Source of the DNA: Spirochaetota bacterium
Lineage (GTDB): Bacteria > Spirochaetota > Spirochaetia > SPDA01 > B32-G16
Direction of reading: 5' to 3'
Assembly (NCBI GenBank): GCA_003645645.1
Contig: QNBH01000001.1
Coordinates: 1 to 61,883, forward strand
DNA: 61,883 bases
Both the position numbers and the translations under genes were made by a program. Under the pieces are notes generated by a model, which was given only the letters and a program-made list of their open reading frames with translations, ran no database searches and was not told where the DNA came from. Shown here piece after piece: positions 26,825 through 37,326 of this stretch. Positions within the stretch are counted from its first letter, which is position 1; each line of letters starts with the position of its first letter.

Positions 26825-29566
26825 ATGAAATTGGCAGAGTTATTAAAAAGAACTCAAACCGCTTTTCGGGTAAGGGATTATTCACTGGCGGAGAAACTCT
26901 GCACCCGTCTTAAGAGTGAAAGCCCCGACCATCCGGGAATTAGAATCCTCATGGGAAATATCTATGCAAAGCAGAACCGTTACGATGAGGCAGTTGAAGA
27001 GTATGCTCAATCCATAAAGCTCAATAGAGATAATCCCGAAGCCTATAACAACATGGGAGTGGTTTTCAGGCTTATTGGCAAACTGCCCGATGCTCTGGAA
27101 GCTTTTAAAAAGGCCTATTCCCTTTCCCCCGATAGGGCGGATATATGCTACAACCTGGGAAATGCCTTCAAACACGCAGGAGACCTGAAGAAGGCAGAAG
27201 AGTTTTACAGACGCTCCATACGGCTCGATGACTCCTTCGTTCTTTCATATAACAACCTGGGTACCATATACGAGCGCAGGGGAGACCATAAGGCCGCTCT
27301 TGAGCTTTACGGCGAGGGGCTTAAAGCCGATAGCAACCATCCTACTCTTCATTACAACCTCGGAGTCGCCCTGGAAACTTCAGGAAAGCTTGATGAGGCC
27401 GTTTACGAGTATTCCAGAGCATTGAGTTACCGGCCGGACTGGATAGAGGTGTTGAATAATTTAGGAGTTGTATATGAAAAATTAAACAAGCATGAGCAGG
27501 CTCTCTCGACTTTCAATAGGATACTCACCCTGGATCCTCACAATGTAAGAGCAAAAAACAATATGGGTGTTGTGTTGGTAAAACAGGGAAAACGAGACGA
27601 TGCTCTTAAGCTTTTCCGGGAGGCTATCACAGAAAACCCCGATTATTTGAAAGCTTCCTATAATCTGGGAAGGGTGTACTATGAAGGCGGAGCCCATAGA
27701 GAAGCCATCGATGAGCTTCTTGCTATAGCGGAGAAAAATCCCGATGATCCCGAAGTAAGACTTCTGCTTGGAAAACTCTTTCTGGAAACCAATCATTTTA
27801 AGGCAGCATACGATCATCTTCAATATTTACTGGAAAATGATCCACAAAATGTAAAGGCTCTCATAACTCTGGGTAGAATGTATCAAAAGACCGGAGACAG
27901 GGAAAAGGCTCTGTCAAATTATAAAGCTGCTCTTCAAATTGATCCGGAAGATGTTGAGGCGCACTTAGGCCTTGCCGATTTTTACAGAGAGGAGGGAGAT
28001 AACAACAGTGCAATCAATGAGTTAAACTTTATCCTCTCACGGTTTCCGGAAAATATCCCCGCCAGGAGATTTCTGGCTGAAATTCTCCTTGACGAAGAGG
28101 AGTATGAGAAGGCAAGAGAAAACTTTGAAAAACTGCTTGAATACAACCCCGAAGACAGGGAAGTGCTCTCTCTTCTTGCGCATATATATCATTCGCTGGG
28201 GGAAACCCAGGAAGCCCTCCGTCTTGCACACCAGTTGGCAGAAAAGAAGGGCGGTGAGGATGGATCACTGGATCTGGATAAACTAAACGAGCTTCTTTCC
28301 GTATTTGAGCAAATTGCAGAGGATTATATATCCGAGAACAGGGATACAATAGAGAAAAATATTAACAGCCTTTCCGAAATAAGCTTGGAGAGCTCAATTG
28401 AAGAAGCAGTGGAAGAAGATACGGACAGCGTTCTCTTTGAAGATATTCCGGGTCTTGAACCCGAAACGGTTCCAATAATCGATATTGGCGGAATAGATCC
28501 GGTTATTGCAATAAACGAAGAAGAAGAAACTCTAAATCTTCTGGAAATGGAAGAAGAGATACCTCCTGAAATGCCATCTGAAGAGGAAAAAGAAGAAGAG
28601 ATACACGAAATAGTCCGAGAAACAGAAAAATCTTCGACTTCGGAAGCACCTTTCTCTCCAACACCCTGGCAGCAGGCCACCGCCCAACCCTACGCTTCAC
28701 CTTCGGGACAGCCCTCTCCTTTTCAACAGGCAGAGCCACCCCCTCAGCAGCAAGCCACTGCAAGGCCTCAAGCTCATCCCCCGGGCTGGTTCCCTCCCTC
28801 CATGCAAGCTCATGCAGAACCTCAATCCTATCCCCCGGGCCAACCGCCTCCAGGTCAACCGCCGGAGCCGCCCCCTCGGTCATATACCGCTCCAGGACAA
28901 CCGCAGTATGTTCGACCATCCACACAACAACAGCCTTCTCAGTACGGATATAGGGATGAGGCAACCAGGCCAGCACAACAAGCTCAGCCTTATTACCTAT
29001 CTCCCGGAAGAGAAGAAACACGGAAGGGCACTTCACCGGAGACTCCCCCGGCGGGAGAAGCCGAATCCCGGGAACAAAGACACGGGCAAGCCGGTTTTAC
29101 CCCGGAGGAAAGGGCACCCTATATGGAGCATGAAATCAGCCCTGCCGAGTCGGAAGAAGAGGACGAACTGTATCCCATAAAAGAGGCCAGAGCTATTCAG
29201 GATCTGTTACCCGAATATTCTCCCGAGGATTTTCCTCCCACTGTAGAGGGGTTACTGGGATATTTAAAGAGTCTCACACGATACCTTCCGGATAAAGAGA
29301 GAAATAGTTTCTTAAAAAGCGGAATGATACTGAAAATCGAATCTATCCGATCAAAGTTACGAGGCCTGACGGGATTGTCCCGTAAAATCAAACCCGAAGA
29401 CATGGTTGTTGAAAAACCAGAAACTCTTGATATAGAAACATTTAAAAAAACCTGTAATTATTTGGAGAATCTCTCCGATTATCATCCTGAAAGGGAAATC
29501 GGATTTACCATGAAGAACAGGATAGAGTCTATTCTCCGTAAAATCGAACAAAAAAGGATGGTGTGA
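26825..29566 (+). CDS. TPR-repeat protein with an acidic block and a long P/Q-rich low-complexity region
   Basis: More than 12 canonical TPR units (AYNNMGVVF..., YNLGNAF..., YNNLGTIY...) in the first roughly 480 aa, then an E-rich and a P/Q-rich tail. Confidence 0.8.
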   Translation: MKLAELLKRTQTAFRVRDYSLAEKLCTRLKSESPDHPGIRILMGNIYAKQNRYDEAVEEYAQSIKLNRDNPEAYNNMGVVFRLIGKLPDALEAFKKAYSLSPDRADICYNLGNAFKHAGDLKKAEEFYRRSIRLDDSFVLSYNNLGTIYERRGDHKAALELYGEGLKADSNHPTLHYNLGVALETSGKLDEAVYEYSRALSYRPDWIEVLNNLGVVYEKLNKHEQALSTFNRILTLDPHNVRAKNNMGVVLVKQGKRDDALKLFREAITENPDYLKASYNLGRVYYEGGAHREAIDELLAIAEKNPDDPEVRLLLGKLFLETNHFKAAYDHLQYLLENDPQNVKALITLGRMYQKTGDREKALSNYKAALQIDPEDVEAHLGLADFYREEGDNNSAINELNFILSRFPENIPARRFLAEILLDEEEYEKARENFEKLLEYNPEDREVLSLLAHIYHSLGETQEALRLAHQLAEKKGGEDGSLDLDKLNELLSVFEQIAEDYISENRDTIEKNINSLSEISLESSIEEAVEEDTDSVLFEDIPGLEPETVPIIDIGGIDPVIAINEEEETLNLLEMEEEIPPEMPSEEEKEEEIHEIVRETEKSSTSEAPFSPTPWQQATAQPYASPSGQPSPFQQAEPPPQQQATARPQAHPPGWFPPSMQAHAEPQSYPPGQPPPGQPPEPPPRSYTAPGQPQYVRPSTQQQPSQYGYRDEATRPAQQAQPYYLSPGREETRKGTSPETPPAGEAESREQRHGQAGFTPEERAPYMEHEISPAESEEEDELYPIKEARAIQDLLPEYSPEDFPPTVEGLLGYLKSLTRYLPDKERNSFLKSGMILKIESIRSKLRGLTGLSRKIKPEDMVVEKPETLDIETFKKTCNYLENLSDYHPEREIGFTMKNRIESILRKIEQKRMV

Positions 29567-30441
29567 TACCAATGGTGGAACATAACCAGATAGCCAGGGT
29601 TAGGGACTACATCGATAAAATGCCCAGCCTGCCCACAACGGTAACCAAAATACTGGAGATTTGTAACAACCCCAGGACATCTCCCGCGGATTTGAATAAG
29701 GTAATAAGTCTCGACCCCGTGCTGATGGGAAAGGTGATGAAATTGATTAACTCCGCATACTATGGGCTTTCGCAGAAAGTAACTTCTCTCGTGAGAGCCA
29801 TTATTATGCTGGGCATAAACACGGTGAAAAATCTTGCCTTAAGTACGGCCGTTCTCGGTTCTCTGGGAGACAGCAGGAACTTTCAGGCTCTTAACATGGA
29901 AGGTTTCTGGAGACACTCTCTGTGTGTAGGAGTAACCGCCAAAAAGATGGCAAAAAAATTAAAAATCGGTGAAAGTGATCTGGAAGAATATTTTATTGCA
30001 GGTCTTCTCCACGACATAGGTAAAATTCCTCTAAATAACAGGCTTTCCGAGGGCTATGTTCGATCCATGGGCTACTCAGATATGGATCGAATACCACTAT
30101 TTATAGCCGAAAAAGAGACCATGGGGATAGACCACGGAGAGACGGGGAGACTCATTGTAGAGAACTGGAAGCTGGGCCCGGCCTTAAGGGATGCCGTTGC
30201 ATATCATCATAGTGTAACCTCCTATGAAGGAGAAAACAAGACGATTCTTTATACCGTTCACCTGGCAAACTACTTTGCCAACACTTTTGAAATCGGTTTC
30301 GCTGGGGACCGCTACCCGCAAAAAACAGAAGAAATGGTATTCGAACATCTGGGTATCAGCATCGATGACCTGGAGGAGATCGAAGAGAGCGTAAACAGCG
30401 AGATTGAGAAAGCCAGCATCTTTCTCAAGCTGACTGTGTAG
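29563..30441 (+). CDS. HDOD domain protein
   Basis: LPSLPTTVTKILEICNNPRTSPADLNKVISLDPVLMGKVMKLINSAYYG and the HD-like LLHDIGK. A GTG start overlaps the upstream stop. Confidence 0.85.
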   Translation: MIPMVEHNQIARVRDYIDKMPSLPTTVTKILEICNNPRTSPADLNKVISLDPVLMGKVMKLINSAYYGLSQKVTSLVRAIIMLGINTVKNLALSTAVLGSLGDSRNFQALNMEGFWRHSLCVGVTAKKMAKKLKIGESDLEEYFIAGLLHDIGKIPLNNRLSEGYVRSMGYSDMDRIPLFIAEKETMGIDHGETGRLIVENWKLGPALRDAVAYHHSVTSYEGENKTILYTVHLANYFANTFEIGFAGDRYPQKTEEMVFEHLGISIDDLEEIEESVNSEIEKASIFLKLTV

Positions 30442-30515
30442 CCCTGGGAAATAGGCAGCACAGCCTTAACCCAAGCTGTAATTAAAAATAATGCCAAAAT
30501 GGCAGGCTTTCGGCC

Positions 30516-30650
30516 TTAATAGCCCAGCGCGGCATAGCCACAACCGAACATTATCCCGGGTCTTATTGTTACAGTTTCTGTTGATTTTTTTTCTGAGTTT
30601 GTAAAATAGATGTAGAGTAAATCTCTTTCAGGGTCATATTCGATCTTCAT
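30516..30650 (-). CDS. Short DUF2283-like ORF (44 aa, probably a truncated remnant)
   Basis: It is not in the ORF track (under 60 aa). MKIEYDPERDLLYIYFTNSEKKSTETVTIRPGIMF matches the DUF2283 N-terminal pattern (MKIxYDxExDxLYIxF), and AAGGAGAG lies 6 nt upstream. The family consensus is lost after RPGIMF. Confidence 0.35.
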   Translation of the reverse strand: MKIEYDPERDLLYIYFTNSEKKSTETVTIRPGIMFGCGYAALGY

Positions 30651-30825
30651 TAAATCTCTCCTTTCTTAAAATTTTTGCCATATCTTGCTTTAACAGTTAA
30701 CAAAACCATCTTTCTTCCTTTCATTTTATAATAAACAGTAACATCGATTTATATCAAACATAAAAGTCCCTATTCTAATAAAAGAAAGAGTGCTAAAATA
30801 GGTTATATCTATCAGGAGAGATGAC

Positions 30826-31746
30826 ATGAAAATAATATTCTGGGGAGTGCGTGGTTCAATTCCCTGTCCGGGCCCTCAGACCGTTCGCTATGGCGGCAAC
30901 ACTTCCTGTATAGAGTTGCGTTTCGAAGAGTTAAACCGTTTTATCATTATAGATGCAGGCAGTGGAATAAGGCCTCTGGGTGATCGTATCATGAGAGAAG
31001 TCCTTCCCCGCGGCCCTATAAGAACCGAGATATTTATAACCCACACTCACTGGGATCACATTATGGGGTTCCCTTTTTTCACACCTATCTATGTTCCGGG
31101 TACCAGACTCGACATCTACGGCCCTGTAACCTACGAAGACGAAGGGCTGGAGAGGATTATAGGCGATCAACTTTCCTACCGCTACTTTCCAGTAAGACAC
31201 AGCGAACTTTCGGCGGAAATCAATTACCATCCTTTAAAAGAATGCCGGATGGACCTTGGAGACGGAATCACCCTCACCACAAAGTATCTCAACCATCCCA
31301 TACTCTGTCTTGGATACAGGTTCGAGTATGGGGAGAAAGTGTTTTGCACAGCTTACGATACAGAACCTTTCCGCAATGTTTTCCCTACCGATCCTGAATC
31401 CCCCGATTACGACCCCATCGCTGCAGAAGAGGGAGAGAAGGCTGCACTGGAGGAAAATGAGAAGATCTTAAGGTTTTTTCATAGGGCAGATATACTTATT
31501 CACGACTCTCAGTACACACACAGAGAGTACCTGGATTCAAAAATCGGATGGGGTCATTCGTCATTCGAGTATGCGATAAACTCTGCACATAAGGCCGAGG
31601 TAAAAAAGCTGATCCTCTCTCACCACGACCCTTTGCGCACCGATGATCAACTGGAATCACTGGTAAACTCTTACAGAGAGCGCATAGAGGGAAAGACAAA
31701 TCTGGCGATAGAAATAGCCAGAGAAGGAACGGAACTGGAACTCTGA
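30826..31746 (+). CDS. MBL-fold metallo-hydrolase
   Basis: IIFWGVRGSIPCPG...IIIDAGSGIR...THTHWDHIMGFPFF (the HxHxDH motif). Confidence 0.85.
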   Translation: MKIIFWGVRGSIPCPGPQTVRYGGNTSCIELRFEELNRFIIIDAGSGIRPLGDRIMREVLPRGPIRTEIFITHTHWDHIMGFPFFTPIYVPGTRLDIYGPVTYEDEGLERIIGDQLSYRYFPVRHSELSAEINYHPLKECRMDLGDGITLTTKYLNHPILCLGYRFEYGEKVFCTAYDTEPFRNVFPTDPESPDYDPIAAEEGEKAALEENEKILRFFHRADILIHDSQYTHREYLDSKIGWGHSSFEYAINSAHKAEVKKLILSHHDPLRTDDQLESLVNSYRERIEGKTNLAIEIAREGTELEL

Positions 31747-31799
31747 TACTCAGCGAAGCATATCTACAATAATGGCAGGATCAGCGCTTCTCAAAAAAA

Positions 31800-32994
31800 T
31801 CATGTACTCGAATACAGCAACATTACTTCTACGCGCCTGCCGGGTTTCCATTCCTCTTCATCGGGGGGAAGGGGTAGAAGAGCGTTCGCCCCCTGGATAC
31901 TGCGATTTTGTCCTGACCCCTGCCTGCTGGCAGGAGTAAAGAAAAAATCGAGAACAATTTGCTTCAGGTAACCCCATAGAAAGGCCTCCCTTTTTCGGCC
32001 TGGAGTAACAGCGCCAGTCAGTTCTGCTCTAACCATTTGCGGCGATTGGTCCGGATAGCCGGCAAGTAAACGCAAAGCGGGTTTAGCAAACAACTCGAAC
32101 GTAGCTGCAGAAGAAACCGGATTTCCAGGTAAACCAAATACGGGTGTTTCTCCAACAGTTCCGAAAAGAACCGGTTTACCTGGTTTGATTGCTACCTTAC
32201 AGAATTTTTTTATGAAACCCAGGCTTTGTAAACATTCATGAACATAGTCTTTTTCACCTACCGAAACACCGCCGGTCGATATAAGGAGGTCGGTCTTTAG
32301 ACCCGTGCGCAACATTTCGACAATACTGTCATGAGAATCTCTCCCTATTCCAATCGGTACAGGTTCACAATCAAGCTCCTGCAGTCTGGCTGTAAGTATA
32401 TAAATATTGGAGTTTACCAATTGTCCATGCCTTGGCTTATTCCCCAGTTCGACCAGCTCATCACCAGTGGATAAGAGACCAACCTTCGGTTTAAGGTAAA
32501 CACGAACCCGGGCAATACCTGCGCTGGTAAGCAAGCCAATTTCTCCGGCTCGCAATAATGTTCCGGGTTGTAAAAGAGTCTCTCCGGCCCTGTAATCTTC
32601 GCCTTGTTACATGCTGCCCTGTTTGAATGGTCTTTTCCAGAACAATATCCTCACCTTCGAGCTGGACTTTTTCGATTGGTACAACCGTATCGGCTACTGC
32701 AGGAAGATGAGCACCTGTCGTTATTTTAACCGCCTGCCAAGGCAAAACCCTGTCCTTGGAGGGATGGCCGGCAAATGCTTCGCCAACCAGATGTAACCGA
32801 TTGATTACAGGAAGTTTACGGGTGGTAAAGGCATAACCGTCCATGGCCGAATTATTAGCTTGAGGAAAATCCCAGGATGCGTTTACTGCTGTGGCTAAAA
32901 TTCTACCGGCGGCCTCACTGAGGAGTAATTAAACGGGCGGTAAAGGAGAAACAGTATTGAGAATGATTGTAAGAGCTTCCCGGTAACTGATCAT
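31800..32994 (-). pseudogene. moeA: Molybdopterin molybdenumtransferase MoeA, disrupted by one nonsense codon and one frameshift
   Basis: The full MoeA length (1195 nt) is colinear in three pieces: MISYREALTIILNTVSPLPPV-TAA(32929-32931)-LLLSEAAGRILA...NSAMDGYAF... Then a 1-nt frame change near 32600-32610 (HVTRR / GEDYRAGETLL...STGDELV...PGNPVSS). Confidence 0.8.
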
Positions 32995-33092
32995 GTATCT
33001 ATCTCCTTAAAAAATTTAATCCGCCCTGTTAGGGCCGGTAATTTTCATTGTTTTGGTTATCCCATGGGCTCATGGGAACTCCCTGGAAAATT

Positions 33093-33427
33093 TTATATGC
33101 CCCGGGAAAAAGGAGAAAAAGCGGTGCTAAAACACCTCTCAATTTCCTCCCTTGCCCTGTGTTTGAATCCGGCAAAACGCTTAAGAAGGTCGCGGGTTTC
33201 ATCGGTAAGAACTGTCCCCCCACCTCCGGGACCACCTTTGGTTCGTTCAAGTAAGGGGAAAGGCGATACTTTCTCCATCTCTTTAAGCTGGGACCAGGCA
33301 TGCCGGTAGGTTAAACCCAGTTCCTCAGCGGCCGCACCGCATACAACAACCGCTCTCTGCCTTCACCGAGTAACGGTTTATCGACGACTTCAAGCCAGAC
33401 TTTATTTCGGAATACAATCGGAGTCAT
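33093..33427 (-). pseudogene. ModE-N-terminal-like (molybdate-responsive wHTH) gene with a frameshift or small deletion
   Basis: MTPIVFRNKVWLEVVDKPLLGEGRERLLYAV, then a frame change near 33325-33345, then AAAEELGLTYRHAWSQLKEMEK...ERTKGGPGGGGTVLTDETRDLL. This is the typical ModE N-domain signature. Confidence 0.65.
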
Positions 33428-33576
33428 GATAGATACCGTTCCACAATAAAATTGCACAATCCTTCTACGTCGTTAATGTCGAAGAGAGGGACATCGACTT
33501 ACAGTTTACTATCGGAGGCGACGGCAATCAGATGTGGGTCATACTGCTCGTGCCTGCACAACAGACATTCGCTGCG

Positions 33577-34542
33577 CTACAGTCGATGAACCTCAATTTC
33601 CGGCATATTGCTTCTCTTGAACCCTTCGGTGAGAACGATATCAAGATCGCTACAGTAAGCGGCAACGGCTTCGGTAAATAAGGGCTCCTTCTGATCCCGA
33701 TTCAGCTTGACCATTGCAACTTTATCCAGTGATGTAATTATCATGGTGTCTGCACCGGCTCTGGTCAACCGCCATGAATCCTTCCCTTCATGATCGATTT
33801 CGAAGCGATGGGTATCGTGTTTAATTACTCCTGCCCGATAACTCCGTTTTTTTAATTCCGAGATTATCTTTTCCAGAAACGTCGTTTTTCCGGTACCGCT
33901 CTTTGCAACAATGGAGACAATGGGTGGTATTATTTTTGCTCCCCGTTGGATACAGCTTAATTGTTCCGGTGTGTTGATGTTCAGAAGCGAACGCTCCCAT
34001 CCTGCCGGCAACTGGTGCCAATCGACAAAGTGTACATTGATACGCCGGTAAAAGTCATATATTCTGCATTGATTTCGTTTTAACATGTTTTCGATATGCG
34101 ACAGGCAGTTTCGGTGATAAAGTGCAAATACCGGTTCGTATCCACCCGGTGTAAGCGGTACCACCGCATCAACGCCGTCTCGTTGCTGAAGCAGCAACTC
34201 GATCAGCCGCCCATCCGGGTAAGGCATATCACAAGGTATAACAAAAATCCAGTCCGTATTTGCTGCACTGAGTCCTGTGTGCAATCCTCCTAAGGCACTA
34301 CCGGGATATGTGTCGGCAATTGCAGGAACTCCCGGGCGCTCCAGATCAGCCCGATTACCGGCAATCAGCACTCGTGAAAAATAGCGCTGCAGTAAAGCCA
34401 GTGCTCTTGAGAATAAAGTCTCGCCCTCGATTTCAATCAAAGCCTTATCACGGCCCATTCTGCGGCTCTGACCCCCTGCTAAAAGGACACCGGTGATATC
34501 GGAATAATTTAGTTCGACGGAAGCGTTATGCAAGTTATGCAT
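33577..34542 (-). CDS. mobAB: Fused MobA (Moco guanylyltransferase) and MobB, C-terminally truncated by a nonsense codon
   Basis: MobA: GVLLAGGQSRRMGRDKAL. MobB: P-loop IVAKSGTGKTTF. The MobB-like frame continues past TAG (33577-33579) and TAA (33499-33501) to TGA 33424-33426. Confidence 0.8.
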   Translation of the reverse strand: MHNLHNASVELNYSDITGVLLAGGQSRRMGRDKALIEIEGETLFSRALALLQRYFSRVLIAGNRADLERPGVPAIADTYPGSALGGLHTGLSAANTDWIFVIPCDMPYPDGRLIELLLQQRDGVDAVVPLTPGGYEPVFALYHRNCLSHIENMLKRNQCRIYDFYRRINVHFVDWHQLPAGWERSLLNINTPEQLSCIQRGAKIIPPIVSIVAKSGTGKTTFLEKIISELKKRSYRAGVIKHDTHRFEIDHEGKDSWRLTRAGADTMIITSLDKVAMVKLNRDQKEPLFTEAVAAYCSDLDIVLTEGFKRSNMPEIEVHRL

Positions 34543-34699
34543 AACGCTGTATATATGTCATACAAGCACATTTGTCAAGACTTTTTTACAAGACCGTAAA
34601 ATCGTTGATTGATGAATGATCGGCAAACCCAATTTGGGTGCTTTGTAGTTGTTTTGTAATATCCAAAAAAAATATCTGGTATTAACTCATGAGAATTAT

Positions 34700-36593
34700 A
34701 ATGCCATGTACTGGATAATAATAGACAAAAACGAGGTTGCGGGACAGCCAGAATTACATCTAATACAAGAATGACGGGTTTATATGCCCCAAAGGGCACA
34801 TTGCTCTCCAGCAGTTATACGATCCCGACCGGGTGAAGGTTCCCATGAAACGCACCAATCCGAGGAAAGGGAAAGGAGAGGACCCTGGTTTTGTTCCGAT
34901 AAGCTGGGATGAAGCCCTGAACACTATCGCTTAAAAAAATGATGGAACTGCGTAGAAGCGAAGAAACCGAAAAGTTTGTCCTTCTGCGGGGAAGATATAC
35001 ATATATGCGGGATATTATATACAGCGCTGTACCGAAGATTTTCGGTTCTCCAAACGGGATTTCCCATTCGGCCATCTGTGCAGAAGCTGAAAAGTTCGGT
35101 TCATATTACACGGAAGGATACTGGGATTACCGGGATTACGACCCGAGTAATTCTAAATATGTATTGATCCGGGGAGCCGACCCGTTGAGCAGCAACAGGA
35201 TGATACCGGCAACCATAAAACGATTCGGTGATATATTGGATCGGGCGGGGGTAGCTGTGGTCGATCCGAAACTGAATACATCCGCTGCAAAGGCCCATGA
35301 ATGGCTTCCATTCAAACCCGGAACGGACGGGGCACTGGCTTCTGCTATTGCACATGTTATTCTTGTAAATGGACTGTGGAGCAAAGAGTTCGTAGGAGAT
35401 TTTAAGGACGGAAGAAACCGCTTCCGGGCAGGTGCGGAAGTTGACGAAAATACATTCGCTGAAATCCATACATACGTATATGAACAATTTCGCGTTTTCC
35501 TGCACCGGAACCGAACGGTGGGAGAGAGCTCTGGCAAAAATACCTTTCTCCGTGCATATTACCACCCATGCATCAGAAACAACTCAACTTGCAGACATCG
35601 TCCTGCCTTCCACAATCACGGAGTTTGAAAAATGGGGCTATTTAAAATCAAAAGCAAACAGATACGGGTCTGCCTCTCTGGTTCAGCCGGTTGTCGAACC
35701 GTTATGGGAGCAAAAAATGGATGAAACAGAAATCCCCTGGATGCTTGCAGAAAAACTCAAAGAAAAGGGGTTTCCTAATTTATACGATTACTTCAGGACT
35801 GCTTTCTACGATCCGGAGACTGGTAAAAAACCGGAAAATACCGCTGAGTTTAGCCTTTATGCGCTCAAGATGATGACAGCACCTCTCCGGGACGGGAAAA
35901 AGGACGTCGGAGGAGATAAAATCAACAGTTGGGAAGAATATAAAAAACGGGGTACATGGAACTCTTCTCCGTATGCATATAAATCGAGATGGGGCAAATT
36001 TAAAACAAAAACAAAGAAATTCGAGTTTTACAGCGAAACACCTAAAGATGCACTGGCAAAGCATGCCGATAAGCATAAAACAACAATAGACGACATTCTT
36101 GCTGTATGCAATTACACCGCCAGGGGCGAAAAGGCTTTTGTTCCACACTATGAAGAACCGTTCAGGTACGGTGATCCGAAGGAATACCCCTTCGATCTTA
36201 TCGATTTTAAATCGAAGCTCAACCGTGAGGGTCGTAGTGCAAATTGTACGTGGTACCACGAGCTTAAGAAGGTGGATATTGGCTACAGCAGTCGGGAAGA
36301 TGTCATTCAGATCAACCCGCAGGACGCATCTCGAAATAGAGATACCACTGTTCTTATTAAAAACTGCACATCATCGGGAAAAGAAGTTGCTCAAAGAATC
36401 GGTGATACTCCTCCGTACAGGCATTGCTATAAACATAGCGACTGTATGGATGTTCGAAAACCCGGAATTGTTGAGAAGTGCCTCTTTTGGAGTCGTAGGG
36501 TTCATAACGGGGAAAGACCCTGCTGTGTTGAAACCGAAGGCAGGAACAGAACCCAATGTCTACTATATTCGTGATTTTGGACAAAGAGGGTAG
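34700..36593 (+). pseudogene. Molybdopterin oxidoreductase catalytic subunit (PsrA/DmsA-like), heavily eroded
   Basis: Homologous segments lie in at least 4 different frames: ...IIDKNEVAGQPELH / NDGFICPKGHIALQQLYDPDRVKVPMKR...ISWDEALNTIA / KMMELRR...GADPLSSN...KPGTDGALA / ...PFSVHITTHASETTQLADIVLPST.../ C-terminal barrel fragments. There is a stop or shift in the A7 run at 34933-34939. The N-terminal Fe-S motif and roughly 200 aa of the middle are missing. Confidence 0.8.
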
Positions 36594-36639
36594 ATGTGAC
36601 AGGCGAATATATACGACAATAAGAATCCGGGGAAAAGTT

Positions 36640-37287
36640 ATGGGCGGGGTTAATAACAACGTAATGATCGATGCTTGCCGGCGCGACTGTTATCGGCATT
36701 TCTCTTCCTGCTTTTCTTTAACCGAAAGGCAATCGTGTATTGATTACGAAACACTGGATCATCTACTGGAAACTGTAAAGCAAATTTATCCGGATGTTGC
36801 AACCCCCGTTCGCTGCATGCGAGAAGCAGCCTCTAAAACGAAGCAAGAAAGTTTACACGTGGAGTTTGCACGACTTTTTATCGGGCCGTTCACTCTTCCC
36901 GCCCCGCCTTCTGGTTCTGTCTACCTGGAACCCGCCTGGAGGGTTATGGGTGATACCACGATGGAGGTTACCAACTGGTATAAACATGAAGGCCTGGTTA
37001 TCAATAAGGATTTTAAAGAACTCCCGGACCACATAGTAGTTGAGCTGGAATTCATGTACTATCTTTTATTCAAAAAGGTCCAGGCATATTGTAATAAACA
37101 TGATGAAGAAGCAAGATCTTTTCATAAAAAACAGCTTGCCTTTTTTAATAGTAACCTCTCCCGGCGGGTACCCGAGTTTTGTTCCAGAATACGGGAAAAT
37201 ACGGATATGGATCACTTTTTTTATTTAGCCGATGCGCTTGATTTATTTATTGACAAAGAGAGAGAAATGATCGCACCAGCGGCTTAA
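36640..37287 (+). CDS. TorD/DmsD-family redox-enzyme maturation chaperone
   Basis: EFARLFIGPFTLPAPPSGSVYLE and ELPDHIVVELEFMYYL are the TorD-family signature blocks. I set the start at ATG 36640. Confidence 0.7.
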   Translation: MGGVNNNVMIDACRRDCYRHFSSCFSLTERQSCIDYETLDHLLETVKQIYPDVATPVRCMREAASKTKQESLHVEFARLFIGPFTLPAPPSGSVYLEPAWRVMGDTTMEVTNWYKHEGLVINKDFKELPDHIVVELEFMYYLLFKKVQAYCNKHDEEARSFHKKQLAFFNSNLSRRVPEFCSRIRENTDMDHFFYLADALDLFIDKEREMIAPAA

Positions 37288-37326
37288 AAAAGCAACTTCA
37301 CTAAATGCGGGGTTATGGAATAGAGG

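Noticed and set aside
28029-29572. Multiple ORFs on both strands overlap the P/Q-rich part of the TPR gene (for example 28503..29036 minus, 28812..29180 plus).
   Set aside because: They are a by-product of the GC-rich, repetitive codon content of the low-complexity tract. The TPR frame is continuous and explains the region.
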